Positions 19,490 to 28,857 of a stretch of DNA of 40,616 nucleotides are shown piece after piece. Numbering within the stretch: the first letter of the stretch is position 1; the number at the start of each line of letters is the position of its first letter. The position numbers and the translations under genes were made by a program. The notes under the pieces are model-generated. The model was not told where the DNA came from, did no database searches, and saw nothing but the letters and a program-made list of their open reading frames with translations. This stretch comes from Limisphaerales bacterium (GTDB lineage Bacteria > Verrucomicrobiota > Verrucomicrobiia > Limisphaerales > UBA11358), in the NCBI GenBank assembly GCA_031411455.1, contig JANOBC010000045.1:1-40616 (forward strand), written 5' to 3'.

Positions 19490-20701
19490 TCACTTCGGCT
19501 CGAACTTGACGGACACTTTCATCTTCGTGCTCATCGTCTGCTTTTGCTGACCGACGTTCATGGTCATGGTCGTGTCGGAGTTTGCATCCGACGTGGCTGA
19601 TACGGGCAGGAGATGGTTGAGGTCAACGCTGGCTTTGCTGGAGCCGGTGGTGACGAGTTTGACGAGATCCATTTTCATGCCGGGCATCGAGGGGTTTTCA
19701 ATTTTCTGATTGGCGGCGCTTTGCGTGACGGTGCATTTCAATTCCACCCGGTCGCCGTCCACGGACAACAGTTCCACGGTTTGCACTTGATCCACGGTCA
19801 TGCCCTGGGATTTAATTTTCGTGCGATGCTCCCACTTCGCACCGGAACCAACGGCTTCTTCGGGCAATGGCGTGGTCGCGCTGGCGGCGGACTCTTTCAT
19901 CTGATCAATTGTCTGTGCGAGCATCGGGTTGTCCTTCGCCGTGGATTTCATTTCCATGGTCTTCACGATGCCACGGTCGGAAATCTTGGCTTCGCCGGAC
20001 ATTTCACCCACGCTGCCGAGCGCTGCCTTCATCGCCGCGCCCGTGGGTGACTTCGTGTCCTCGATGTCCGTGCTGCCGAAATTAATTCCGTAGGTGATTT
20101 CACCGTCGTCGGAAATTTTTTTCACCTCGACCGACAAGGTCGTGCTCATCGCCGGCAGATCCATCGCCGGCATTTCGTTGCCGGCGGCCGACATGGTCAT
20201 GTTCATCTTGGTGGTCATCACCAGCGTCTGCTGGTCGCCCACGGCGGGATGCAGGCGCAGCACCGAGCGCGGCTCGCTGCCAGCGGAAATTAATTTCACT
20301 GCCGACTTGCCCGTTGTGGCCGCGCTGGCTTTGGTTTTAGAAGACAAATTGTCATTCGCCGCCGCCACCGCTTCGCCGGAGGTCTCCTTGATTTTATCGG
20401 CGAGATACGTCAGCCGGTAACCAACCATCTGGCTGTTCCAGCCGGAATTATTCTGGCGAAACTCGGCGAGTGAACGCTGGGCTGCAAGGTATTTCTTATG
20501 CGCCTCGGCGGTCTTGCCCTTGGCGTTCAGCGCGTCGGCCTGATCCATCACGCCGTAGATGATGAGGTAATCCGAGTCCGGCCCTTCCGCCTGCGCCGCG
20601 CCGAGCGAGAGGAACAACGCGAGCAAAATGCTGCGGGTGAAAATATTTTTCCGCGATGGCACACGGGTGGTCGCCGGTGAAGATGTTGGATGGAGATTCA
20701 T
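19490..20701 (-). CDS. Secreted hypothetical protein (possibly DUF6263-like)
   Basis: Long ORF with signal peptide, helical N-terminal part, then VKLISAGSEPR and PLPEEAVGSGAKW; start 20701 or 20710. Confidence 0.65.
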   Translation of the reverse strand: MNLHPTSSPATTRVPSRKNIFTRSILLALFLSLGAAQAEGPDSDYLIIYGVMDQADALNAKGKTAEAHKKYLAAQRSLAEFRQNNSGWNSQMVGYRLTYLADKIKETSGEAVAAANDNLSSKTKASAATTGKSAVKLISAGSEPRSVLRLHPAVGDQQTLVMTTKMNMTMSAAGNEMPAMDLPAMSTTLSVEVKKISDDGEITYGINFGSTDIEDTKSPTGAAMKAALGSVGEMSGEAKISDRGIVKTMEMKSTAKDNPMLAQTIDQMKESAASATTPLPEEAVGSGAKWEHRTKIKSQGMTVDQVQTVELLSVDGDRVELKCTVTQSAANQKIENPSMPGMKMDLVKLVTTGSSKASVDLNHLLPVSATSDANSDTTMTMNVGQQKQTMSTKMKVSVKFEPK

Positions 20702-20814
20702 GCGCCGCACCTTAATCCGTCGCCGCCGGAGGTCAAATCAAAATATGGCCTGCTTGAATCGGCGCGCCCAAATTAAATTGAATTCACCTGCCTGATTTCG
20801 TTTCATGCCCGCGC

Positions 20815-22434
20815 ATGAATTTACGGATGCTCTGGCTGGCGGCGTTGCTCGTCGTTGTGGCGGCGGCGGGGCTGCACCTGAATTTTTTCAGCCACGCCGG
20901 CGGCTTCTGGCGCGACGAGGTCAATACGATCAATGTGGCCAGCCACAATTCCCTCGATGAATTTCGCAAAGATTCTTTCCCGGTTTTATTTCCCTTGCTC
21001 GTGCACGGTTGGCTGAACTTCGGGCCGGGCGAATCCACTTTGCGCGTGCTTGGCCTGCTCATCGGTTTCGGCATTCTCGCCGCGCTCCTGCTCGCTGGTT
21101 GGAAGATAAACCACGCCCCGCCGCTGCTCGCGCTCGTGCTGTTCGCGCTGAATCCCACGCTCATCGTCATCGGCGATTCGCTGCGCGCCTACGGTCTTGG
21201 CACGCTGTTCATCGCGCTCGCGACGATGGCCGCTGCGTGGTTTTTGCTGAAGCCGGATTGGAAACGGCTTTTGCTTTTTGCCGTGGCCGGTTTGTTGGCC
21301 GTGCAAACGCTGTATCACAACGCCGTTTTCCTCGGCGCGATCTGTCTCGGCGCCATGGCCGTCTGCGCGCGGCGAAAAAACTTTTCCGACGCGGCGAAAA
21401 TTTTCGGCGCGGGCGCGCTCGCCGCTCTTTCCCTCGTGCCGTATGTGACCGGCGTCATCGCTGGCCGGGAGGGTTCCGCCTCGCTCCGCACCGGCTTGAG
21501 TCCCATCCGCCTTGTGAACGGACTGCTGGAAACATTCGGCTACCCGCGCGAGGAAATTTGTGCCGTCTGGCTCCTGCTATTCTTTGCCTTGCTCTGGCAC
21601 GGCTGGCAAATCTGGCGGCGGCAAGAAACTTCGCCCGTCGCTGCGGAAAATTTCCGCGCCGACCTCCCGCTCTTCGCCGCCGTCACGGTCGGCATTTCTG
21701 TTTTCGGCTTTCTCGGTTTTCTGTGGCTCGCCGCGCTGCCGTCGCAGTCGTGGTATTTCCTGCCGCTAATGGTGGTGAGCGCCCTTTGCTTTGACCTGGT
21801 GATTTCATTCTGGTCAAAAAAAATCCAGCTCACCTTCGCCGCGCTGTTCATCTTGCTCACTGCGCTCATCGTGCCCACTTCGTGGGGCATCCTCGCGGTG
21901 AAATACACCAACGTGGATGTGTGGACGCAGCAATTGGAAAAATCTGTCGCGCCGGAAGATTACGTCATTGTGGACCCGTGGTATTGCGGCATCACTTTTG
22001 CCTACTACTTCAGATCGGCGACCCCGTGGGACACGTTGCCGCCGCTCGCCGACCACGCTACGCACCGTTTTGACCTGGTGAAGCTGCAATTGCAAAACAC
22101 CAACGCTATCGCGCCCGTGCTGGAAAAAATTTCCACCACGCTCCGCTCCGGTCATCGCGTGTGGGTCGTGGCGCTCTCCGGGTGGATGGATGTTCCCGAA
22201 CCGGGCACGGTCGCTGCGCCGCCGTTGCCGCCTGCGCCGCTCGGCCGCTACGGCTGGTCGGAAGTTCCCTACACGATGTCCTGGGTCTCGCAAGTCGCGC
22301 ATCGCCTCGGCGACCAGAGCGAAACATTTGAACGCGTAAAAAATCCCGCCGCGCGCGGAACCTTCATCGAAGAGGCGGAACTCTTCGTCGCCCAAGGCTG
22401 GCGCGGGGAAACGAATTTTCCGGTGGTGAAATAG
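20815..22434 (+). CDS. Polytopic membrane protein, probable GT-C fold glycosyltransferase (GT39/PMT-like)
   Basis: FWRDE motif after the first TM helix, LRVLG, LRAYG, many hydrophobic helices and a soluble C-terminal domain. Confidence 0.7.
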   Translation: MNLRMLWLAALLVVVAAAGLHLNFFSHAGGFWRDEVNTINVASHNSLDEFRKDSFPVLFPLLVHGWLNFGPGESTLRVLGLLIGFGILAALLLAGWKINHAPPLLALVLFALNPTLIVIGDSLRAYGLGTLFIALATMAAAWFLLKPDWKRLLLFAVAGLLAVQTLYHNAVFLGAICLGAMAVCARRKNFSDAAKIFGAGALAALSLVPYVTGVIAGREGSASLRTGLSPIRLVNGLLETFGYPREEICAVWLLLFFALLWHGWQIWRRQETSPVAAENFRADLPLFAAVTVGISVFGFLGFLWLAALPSQSWYFLPLMVVSALCFDLVISFWSKKIQLTFAALFILLTALIVPTSWGILAVKYTNVDVWTQQLEKSVAPEDYVIVDPWYCGITFAYYFRSATPWDTLPPLADHATHRFDLVKLQLQNTNAIAPVLEKISTTLRSGHRVWVVALSGWMDVPEPGTVAAPPLPPAPLGRYGWSEVPYTMSWVSQVAHRLGDQSETFERVKNPAARGTFIEEAELFVAQGWRGETNFPVVK

Positions 22435-22459
22435 TTCTGCACCGCTGCGCCTTTGTTTC

Positions 22460-22566
22460 GGAGCGCGGGTCTGCGACCCGCAGTAGTTTCGCACGTCAGA
22501 ACGTGTTCGGAATAAATTGTAACAGCGGAAGGTTTGAATGTGCTGCGGCTCGCCGAGCCGCGCTCC
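22460..22566. repeat. Intergenic REP-like doublet (GGAG foot)
   Basis: GGAGCGCGGGTCTGCGACCCGCAG ... CTGCGGCTCGCCGAGCCGCGCTCC; each arm is itself a hairpin; same family as 28089-28197. Confidence 0.85.
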
Positions 22567-22626
22567 GCATCAGCCACGCCACGTCACAGTTGACGCCTGC
22601 GCGTTCTGCGGCAAACTTCCTCCCGC

Positions 22627-25600
22627 TTGCCGTCCAACGAACCTTCGTCAGCGACAAGCAATTTGTTCGCTGACATTCTGAAAGCTCCCGCTGTGCAAAC
22701 CCTCGCGCAGTGCGTGGAGCCGGGCGGAGCGCAGACTTTTTTAGGCATCGCCACGAGCGCGCAACCTTTCATCGCCGCGCTGCTGCAAAAGAAATTTCCC
22801 AATCATTCCATCGTCCTCGTCACGGAAAACTCGAAGGCGCAGGAAAGCTGCCAGCAGGATTTGGAAACATGGCTGGGCGAATCACCGCTGTATTTTCCCG
22901 CGTGGGAAATCCTGCCGCACGAAGGCAAACTCCCGCCCGCCGATGTCATCAGCGACCGCCTGCAAACCCTCGTCGCGTTGGCGGAAAATTCCGCACTCCA
23001 CGTTCCGCGCTCCGCACTGGTAGTCACTTCAGTCATCGCCCTGCTGCAAAAAACCTTTGCCGCCGCCGATTTGAAAAACCGCACGCGCTTGCTCAATCGC
23101 GGCGACCAAATCGCGCCGCTTGATTTGATCGAATGGCTGGAGGAGCAGGGCTACGAACCAGAAGCGCAGGTCACACAGCGTGGCGAAATCGCGTTGCGCG
23201 GCGGCATCGTGGACATTTATCCGCCCACGAGTCCGTGGCCGGTGCGGCTGGAATTTTTCGGCGACGAACTGGAATCGCTCCGCGAATTCGACCCGCTCAC
23301 GCAAGTCTCGCGCGGGGAAATTCTGTCCGTCACGCTGCCGCCGGCGGGTGAGATTGGGATTTTGAAACGTGAATGGGAGCGCGGCCTTCAGGCCGCTTCA
23401 CCATCCGAAGTGCAAGCGGCCTCCAATAATCCCGACTCACTTTCAGAAAGAACATTGAAGCGACCTGAAGGTCGCGCTCCGTTCGCCACGCTGCTCGACC
23501 ATCTGCCGCGCGAAACCATTTTTATTTTGTGCGAGCCAGACACGCTCGCCATCCGCGCCGAGGAATACGCGCTGCAAGTTCCGGCGGACGATCCGTTCCA
23601 CCTTGAGTGGCCGGATTTTTTGGTGGAATTAAATCGCCGTAAATTTACGTCCGTTGAATTGACTGAAGCGGATGCGAACGGAGCGCCGAGCGCCCGCTCG
23701 GCAAGTTCCGAATCTGATCAAGGTCAACTTGCCGAGCGGGTGCTCGGCGCTCCGCTATTCAGTTCGCTCGACGTCTTCCGCCCGCTCGCCGAGCGCCCGC
23801 CCGAGCCGCAGATTGCCGAGATGCAGCGGCGCGAATTTTTCCAGCAACTGCATCGCTGGCTTCGGCAAGATTACGCCGTGCACGTCTTTTGCAACAACGA
23901 TGGCGAACGCCAGCGGTTTGAGGAAGTGTGGAAGGAACTCGGCTTCGCTGACAGTCCAAAGTCTAAAGCCCAAAGTCCAGAGTCAGACGCGCGCGAGCAA
24001 CCTTGGACTTTGGGCATCGGACTTTGGATTCATTTAGGTTCGCTCGCGCGTGGTTTTATTTGCGATGACGTGAAGCTGGTCGTCGTCACCGATGCGGAAA
24101 TTTTCGGGCGCTACAAAGTTTTGCGTCCGCGCCGGCTCAAGACGCCGCACGCTTCCGCCGTGCGTTCCGCGATGGAGATTGATTTTGCGGATTTGGAATT
24201 TGGCGACTTGGTGGTTCATCTGCAACACGGCATCGGAAAATATCTTGGCCTGAAAAATTTGCCGACGACGAGCGCCAAATCTGGTAAGGGCGACCTGCGG
24301 GTCGGCCAAGACGCGCAGCAGCGCGTCCCTACCACGGAGGGCGGCACGGAATGTTTGGTCATCGAATACGCCCCCAGCGGCGATGCCGTCGAGCCGCCAA
24401 AACTTTACGTCCCCGTCAGCGAGGCGCATCTCGTCAGCAAATACGTCGGTGCGGGCAAAATAAATCCGCCGCTCAACCAGCTCGGCGGCACGCGCTGGGC
24501 GAAAGCAAAAGAGCAGACCGAGAAAGCCGTGCGCGATGTCGCGGCGGAAATGCTTCGCATCCAGGCCGTGCGCGAATCGCAGCCCGGCCATCCGTGCAAG
24601 CCCGACGTGCCGTGGCAACGCGAGTTCGAGAGCGCATTCATCTACGAGGAAACGGCGGATCAACTCACCGCCATCGCTGCGACGAAAGCCGATCAAGAGC
24701 GCGCCAAGCCGATGGATCGTTTGATCTGCGGCGACGTGGGTTTTGGCAAAACGGAAGTCGCCATTCGCGCCGCATTCAAATGCGTGATGGACGGCAAGCA
24801 AGTCGCCATCCTTGTGCCGACGACGGTTCTCGCGCAGCAGCATTTTAATAATTTCCGCGAGCGCATGGCGGATTATCCCATTCGCATCGAACTGCTCTCT
24901 CGCTACCGCACCAAACGCGAGCAGGACATCGTCGTGAAAAATCTCGTCGCTGGTTCGGTGGACATCGTCATCGGCACGCACCGCATTGTGCAGGACGACA
25001 TCGCGTTCAAAGATTTGGGCTTGGTCGTGATTGACGAGGAGCAGCGCTTCGGTGTGCAGCACAAAGAACAATTCAAGCGCCTCCGCACGATGGTGGACGT
25101 GCTGACGTTGAGCGCCACGCCGATTCCGCGCACGCTTTACCTCGCGCTCACCGGCGCGCGCGACATGAGCACCATCCAGACGCCGCCGCACGACCGTCTG
25201 CCCGTCGAAACCGTGGCGACGCCTTACGATGAGCGTTTGATCCGCGACGCCATCAAGCGCGAGATTGCGCGCGGTGGACAAACTTTTTTTCTGCACAACC
25301 GTGTGACGACGATTTATGCGATGCAGGCGAAGCTGCAAAGTTTGTTACCTGACGCGCGCATCGTCGTCGGCCACGGGCAGATGAATGCGGACGACCTTGA
25401 AGAAGTGATGACGAAGTTCGTCAATGGTGAAGCGGACGTTTTGCTCTCCACGACCATCATCGAGAGCGGCCTCGATATTCCAAATGCGAACACCATTATC
25501 ATTGACCGCGCCGACCGTTTTGGTTTGAGCGAGTTGTATCAGTTGCGCGGACGCGTCGGGCGCTACAAACATCAGGCGTTCGCGTATCTGCTGCTGCCGC

Positions 25601-26274
25601 GCCACGCCACGCTGCTGACCGACGTGCGCAAACGCATCAGCGCGATGAAGCAATACGCCTCGCTCGGCAGCGGCTTTAAGATTGCGATGCGTGATTTGGA
25701 AATTCGCGGCGCGGGAAATTTGCTCGGCTCCGAGCAAAGCGGCCACATCACCGCCGTCGGGTTTGAACTCTACTGCCAGTTGCTCAAGCAAAGCGTCGGC
25801 GCGTTGAAAGGTGAGAAGGTCAAGCCGCGTGTGGAAGTGCGCGTGGCACTGGATTTTTTGGAAATGAGCGGAAGTCGCGAGGCGGTGGGCGATGGGCGCG
25901 AGGACGGAAAAACCTCAAGCCCCGCGCCCCACGTCTCGCTGCCTGAATCCTACATCACCGAGCCGCAGCATCGCATCGAAATTTACCGCAAGCTCGCGCA
26001 GGCCACGGACAAGGCCGCGCTGGAAAGTTTGACGAAGGAATTGCGCGACCGCTTCGGCCCGCTGCCGCCGCCGGTGGAACTGCTGCTGGCCGTGGGTGAA
26101 CTGAAAATTCTCGCCAGCGAAAAATCCGTGACCAGCATCGAAGTCGAGGAAGACAAATTGAAGATCACGCAGCGCGGCAATTTCATCCAGCTCGGCGGCA
26201 AATTTCCGCGCCTCACGAAGAAGGAACCCAAGGCGCGGCTCAAGGAAATCAAACGGCTGCTGCTGGCGATTTGA
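22627..26274 (+). CDS. mfd: Transcription-repair coupling factor
   Basis: RGGIVDIYP, GDLVVHLQHGIGKY, DRLICGDVGFGKTE, DEEQRFG, LSATPIPRT, QLRGRVGR, DLEIRGAGNLLG; TTG start uncertain. Confidence 0.97.
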   Translation: MPSNEPSSATSNLFADILKAPAVQTLAQCVEPGGAQTFLGIATSAQPFIAALLQKKFPNHSIVLVTENSKAQESCQQDLETWLGESPLYFPAWEILPHEGKLPPADVISDRLQTLVALAENSALHVPRSALVVTSVIALLQKTFAAADLKNRTRLLNRGDQIAPLDLIEWLEEQGYEPEAQVTQRGEIALRGGIVDIYPPTSPWPVRLEFFGDELESLREFDPLTQVSRGEILSVTLPPAGEIGILKREWERGLQAASPSEVQAASNNPDSLSERTLKRPEGRAPFATLLDHLPRETIFILCEPDTLAIRAEEYALQVPADDPFHLEWPDFLVELNRRKFTSVELTEADANGAPSARSASSESDQGQLAERVLGAPLFSSLDVFRPLAERPPEPQIAEMQRREFFQQLHRWLRQDYAVHVFCNNDGERQRFEEVWKELGFADSPKSKAQSPESDAREQPWTLGIGLWIHLGSLARGFICDDVKLVVVTDAEIFGRYKVLRPRRLKTPHASAVRSAMEIDFADLEFGDLVVHLQHGIGKYLGLKNLPTTSAKSGKGDLRVGQDAQQRVPTTEGGTECLVIEYAPSGDAVEPPKLYVPVSEAHLVSKYVGAGKINPPLNQLGGTRWAKAKEQTEKAVRDVAAEMLRIQAVRESQPGHPCKPDVPWQREFESAFIYEETADQLTAIAATKADQERAKPMDRLICGDVGFGKTEVAIRAAFKCVMDGKQVAILVPTTVLAQQHFNNFRERMADYPIRIELLSRYRTKREQDIVVKNLVAGSVDIVIGTHRIVQDDIAFKDLGLVVIDEEQRFGVQHKEQFKRLRTMVDVLTLSATPIPRTLYLALTGARDMSTIQTPPHDRLPVETVATPYDERLIRDAIKREIARGGQTFFLHNRVTTIYAMQAKLQSLLPDARIVVGHGQMNADDLEEVMTKFVNGEADVLLSTTIIESGLDIPNANTIIIDRADRFGLSELYQLRGRVGRYKHQAFAYLLLPRHATLLTDVRKRISAMKQYASLGSGFKIAMRDLEIRGAGNLLGSEQSGHITAVGFELYCQLLKQSVGALKGEKVKPRVEVRVALDFLEMSGSREAVGDGREDGKTSSPAPHVSLPESYITEPQHRIEIYRKLAQATDKAALESLTKELRDRFGPLPPPVELLLAVGELKILASEKSVTSIEVEEDKLKITQRGNFIQLGGKFPRLTKKEPKARLKEIKRLLLAI
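22990..23017. repeat. Heptamer tandem array inside mfd
   Basis: TCCGCAC-TCCACGT-TCCGCGC-TCCGCAC, encoding SALHVPRSA. Confidence 0.6.
23376..23480. repeat. REP-like doublet inside mfd (GGAG foot)
   Basis: GGAGCGCGGCCTTCAGGCCGCTTCA ... TGAAGCGACCTGAAGGTCGCGCTCC, a 25-bp inverted repeat with 2 mismatches. Confidence 0.85.
23679..23754. repeat. REP-like doublet inside mfd (GGAG foot)
   Basis: CGGAGCGCCGAGCGCCCGCTCGGCAAGTT ... AACTTGCCGAGCGGGTGCTCGGCGCTCCG, a 29-bp inverted repeat with 1 mismatch. Confidence 0.88.
23953..24030. repeat. Inverted heptamer (AGTCCAA) arrays inside mfd
   Basis: AGTCCAA-AGTCTAA-AGCCCAA-AGTCCAG ... TTGGACT-TTGGGCA-TCGGACT-TTGGATT. Confidence 0.8.
24283..24333. repeat. 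REP-like doublet inside mfd (GTAG foot)
   Basis: GGTAAGGGCGACCTGCGGGTCGGCC ... GACGCGCAGCAGCGCGTCCCTACC; termini resemble the intergenic element at 31680-31733. Confidence 0.75.
25876..25940. repeat. Degenerate inverted heptamer arrays inside mfd
   Basis: CGCGAGG-CGGTGGG-CGATGGG-CGCGAGG ... CCTCAAG-CCCCGCG-CCCCACG-TCTCGCT. Confidence 0.55.
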
Positions 26275-26323
26275 TTGGGAACGGTTGACGCGTGATCCGT
26301 CGTTTGATCTAATTCGCTGGAAT

Positions 26324-27163
26324 ATGGCCGGAGTAAAAATAACTCTTTTCCTTCCCAGCGGAGATGCTCAAAGTTTTAGAACCGCTCAAATAGGCAATTG
26401 GACCGGAATGTCACTCGCCTGTCCGCGTTCAAAGATTGACGATTTATTTTGCCGCGAAGAGATTAGCAAGGCTGGTATTTATTTCTTGATAGGCACAGAT
26501 GCTTCCCTAAATAAGCCGAAGGCATATATCGGAGAAGGTGAAGATGTTGGCAAGCGGCTCAAGCAACATCGCGATAAAGATTTTTGGGTTCAGGTCATTG
26601 TTTTTATTAGCAAGGATGACAACTTAACCAAGTCGCATGTGCGATTTCTCGAAGGTGCGCTTATTGAGGAAGCGATAAAGATTGGGCGGTTCACTCTTGA
26701 GAATGACCAGACAAGCGGGGCAAAACTGCCCGAAGCTGACCGCGGAGAGATGGAGGATTTTCTGTCACGCATCCGCCAATTGCTTCCTGTAATGGGCTGT
26801 GATTTGCTAGTTCCGATGGAGCAGCCAGTCAAAAACAGCAGCCTGATTTGCAAAATTAAAAATCTGACCGCTCGCGGTCAGCGTAGCGCAAAAGGCTTCG
26901 TGGTTTACAAGGGTTCACAGGCCGCAGGCGAACTTCGTAATTCCGCTGCAACGCGCGGCGGTTGGATTATTAAAATCCGCAATCGTTTACTTGAATCCAA
27001 AATATTGGTTGCTGATGGGGGACATCTTTTTTTTGCACGCGATTATGAATTCGACAGTCCGAGTGCTGCCGCTGCAATCGTTCGTGGTGGAAATGCAAAC
27101 GGGTTGACCGAGTGGCGGACGGAAGAAGGCAAAACGCTAAAAGCGCTTGAATCTTTGGCTTAA
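26324..27163 (+). CDS. GIY-YIG nuclease family protein with C-terminal DUF4357 (RAMA-like) domain
   Basis: GIYFLIG..AYIGEGE..KRLKQH, LTKSHVRFLE; C-terminal FVVYKGS, FDSPSAAAAIVRGGNANGLTEW; more AT-rich than its neighbours; ATG at 26324 preferred. Confidence 0.85.
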   Translation: MAGVKITLFLPSGDAQSFRTAQIGNWTGMSLACPRSKIDDLFCREEISKAGIYFLIGTDASLNKPKAYIGEGEDVGKRLKQHRDKDFWVQVIVFISKDDNLTKSHVRFLEGALIEEAIKIGRFTLENDQTSGAKLPEADRGEMEDFLSRIRQLLPVMGCDLLVPMEQPVKNSSLICKIKNLTARGQRSAKGFVVYKGSQAAGELRNSAATRGGWIIKIRNRLLESKILVADGGHLFFARDYEFDSPSAAAAIVRGGNANGLTEWRTEEGKTLKALESLA

Positions 27164-28857
27164 TTTATTTTCATCCACACCGTTTTCAGATACGCCGGTT
27201 CATCGCGGCTGACGGGGAAATCCGGCGGTTGCGGGACGTAATGTTGTTTCAGAATTTTCCGCTTTGCCGCGCACACGGCGGTTTCCACGCTGGTGAGAAA
27301 TTTTTCCGGCGGCCAGTCCGCCGCGTTCGTCGAGGCCAGCAAAACTCCGCCGGGTTTCAAAACGGGCAGCGCGGCGGCCACGAGGTCACCAAAGTTTTTT
27401 TCCACGCGGAACACGCCGTTCTCCTTCGACTGCGAAAATGTCGGTGGATCAAGCACGATGGCATCGAACGCGCGGCCTTTCTTTGCCAGCCGCCGCAGCC
27501 AGTCGAACGTGTCGCCAAAAATAAAATCATGCGCCGCCGGGTCGAGGCCGTTGAGCGCGAAGTTACGCTTGCCCCATTCGAGATATTTTTTCGAGAGGTC
27601 GAGGCTCGTCGTCCGCGCACCGGACTTGGCCGCGCAGACGGAGAAACCGCAGGTGTAGGCGAAGCAGTTCAAAAGTCCAAAGTCCGAAGTCCAAGGCCCA
27701 AGGTCAAAATCGGCGGCGATGTGGCTGGTGAGCAGGCGGCGGCGGTTGTCGCGCTGATCTAAAAACAAACCGACGGAATAGCCTTCGTTGAAACTCATCT
27801 CGTAGCGGATGCCGTTTTCCAAAATTTCAAATCGTTCCGGCGCAGCTTCGCCGAGGACAAGTTGCGGGGAGGCGTCAGAGGTTTTGGATTGGCGGACATG
27901 GCGGGAAAGAATCTTGTGATACGCACCGCGCGAGTTGAAAACTTTTGCCAGCCGCGCCAGTTCCTCGCGCTGCGCCGGATTCAATTCACCTTCCGCCTGC
28001 GAGAGCAGCCAGTCGCCGAGTTTTTCCACGAACCAGCCCGGCCAGCCGTCGCTCGCGCCGTGGATTAGGCGGAAGGCGTTGGTCTGATGGAGCGCGGGTC
28101 TGTGACCCGCAGCGGCCTCGCCAATCGGGGCGCTTGCAAAATCAATTGAAGCGTCTTGAAATGTTCGGAAGTGCTGCGGGCCGCAGACCCGCGCTCCGGT
28201 GGAAACACACGCCTCGCGCAGCGCGAGACGTGGTTCGCGGTCGAAATCCACAGGCGCAGACAGCTTCAGTGAATTTCCGGTGACGGGATGAGTGAACTCA
28301 ATTTCTCCCGCGTGCAAATAAACCCGCGAGGATGCCGTGCCGCCGTAAAGTGTGTCGCCGAGAATCGGAAAACCGCTCTCCGCCGCGTGGACGCGGATTT
28401 GATGAGTGCGGCCGGTGAACGGTTCGGCGTGAACCATCTTCAATCCTGAAATCGCAAACTTGGCATCCGTGATGGGCGTGAATTTTGTCTCGGCTATTTC
28501 TCCACCGGAACGGCTCGCGTATTTCTCGCCGATGCGGAGCAGGGGAGTCTTCACCGTGAATTCTTTTTTTGGAACGGGCTTGTCCGTGAGCAGGAGGTAT
28601 TTTTTATGGACGCGGCGAGCGGTGAATTGTTCCGTGAGCGACTTGTTGGCGAGCGGCGTTTTGCCGAAGACGAGGATGCCGCTGGTTTCTTTGTCGAGCC
28701 GGTGAATGATCGCCAGCGTGGCCCAGCGCGGTTCGCGATTTTTCAGCCACTCATAAATTCCTTCGCCAGCGTAAGGTGATGGCGCGTGCGTGTTCCAGCC
28801 GGCGGGCTTGTGAACCGCTAGCAGGTGTTCGTCTTCAAATATCACGCACGGAACCAT
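27160..28857 (-). CDS. Fused RluA-family pseudouridine synthase and RlmI/RlmK-like SAM-dependent rRNA methyltransferase
   Basis: N-terminal HKPAG, HRLDKETSG, TGRTHQIRVH, PILGDTLYG; C-terminal GLFLDQRDNR, LNCFAYTCGFS, VLDPPTF, YLK; ATG at 28857 preferred. Confidence 0.88.
   Translation of the reverse strand: MVPCVIFEDEHLLAVHKPAGWNTHAPSPYAGEGIYEWLKNREPRWATLAIIHRLDKETSGILVFGKTPLANKSLTEQFTARRVHKKYLLLTDKPVPKKEFTVKTPLLRIGEKYASRSGGEIAETKFTPITDAKFAISGLKMVHAEPFTGRTHQIRVHAAESGFPILGDTLYGGTASSRVYLHAGEIEFTHPVTGNSLKLSAPVDFDREPRLALREACVSTGARVCGPQHFRTFQDASIDFASAPIGEAAAGHRPALHQTNAFRLIHGASDGWPGWFVEKLGDWLLSQAEGELNPAQREELARLAKVFNSRGAYHKILSRHVRQSKTSDASPQLVLGEAAPERFEILENGIRYEMSFNEGYSVGLFLDQRDNRRRLLTSHIAADFDLGPWTSDFGLLNCFAYTCGFSVCAAKSGARTTSLDLSKKYLEWGKRNFALNGLDPAAHDFIFGDTFDWLRRLAKKGRAFDAIVLDPPTFSQSKENGVFRVEKNFGDLVAAALPVLKPGGVLLASTNAADWPPEKFLTSVETAVCAAKRKILKQHYVPQPPDFPVSRDEPAYLKTVWMKIN
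27674..27708. repeat. Heptamer (AGTCCAA) array inside the methyltransferase domain
   Basis: AGTCCAA-AGTCCGA-AGTCCAA-GGCCCAA-GGTCAAA; same unit as in mfd 23953-24030. Confidence 0.8.
28089..28197. repeat. REP-like doublet inside the RluA-RlmI fusion (GGAG foot)
   Basis: GGAGCGCGGGTCTGTGACCCGCAGC ... GCTGCGGGCCGCAGACCCGCGCTCC; left arm differs by 1 base from the intergenic copy at 22460. Confidence 0.88.

Noticed and set aside
28435-28470. Possible eroded heptamer array in the RluA domain
   Set aside because: Too degenerate to distinguish from chance.
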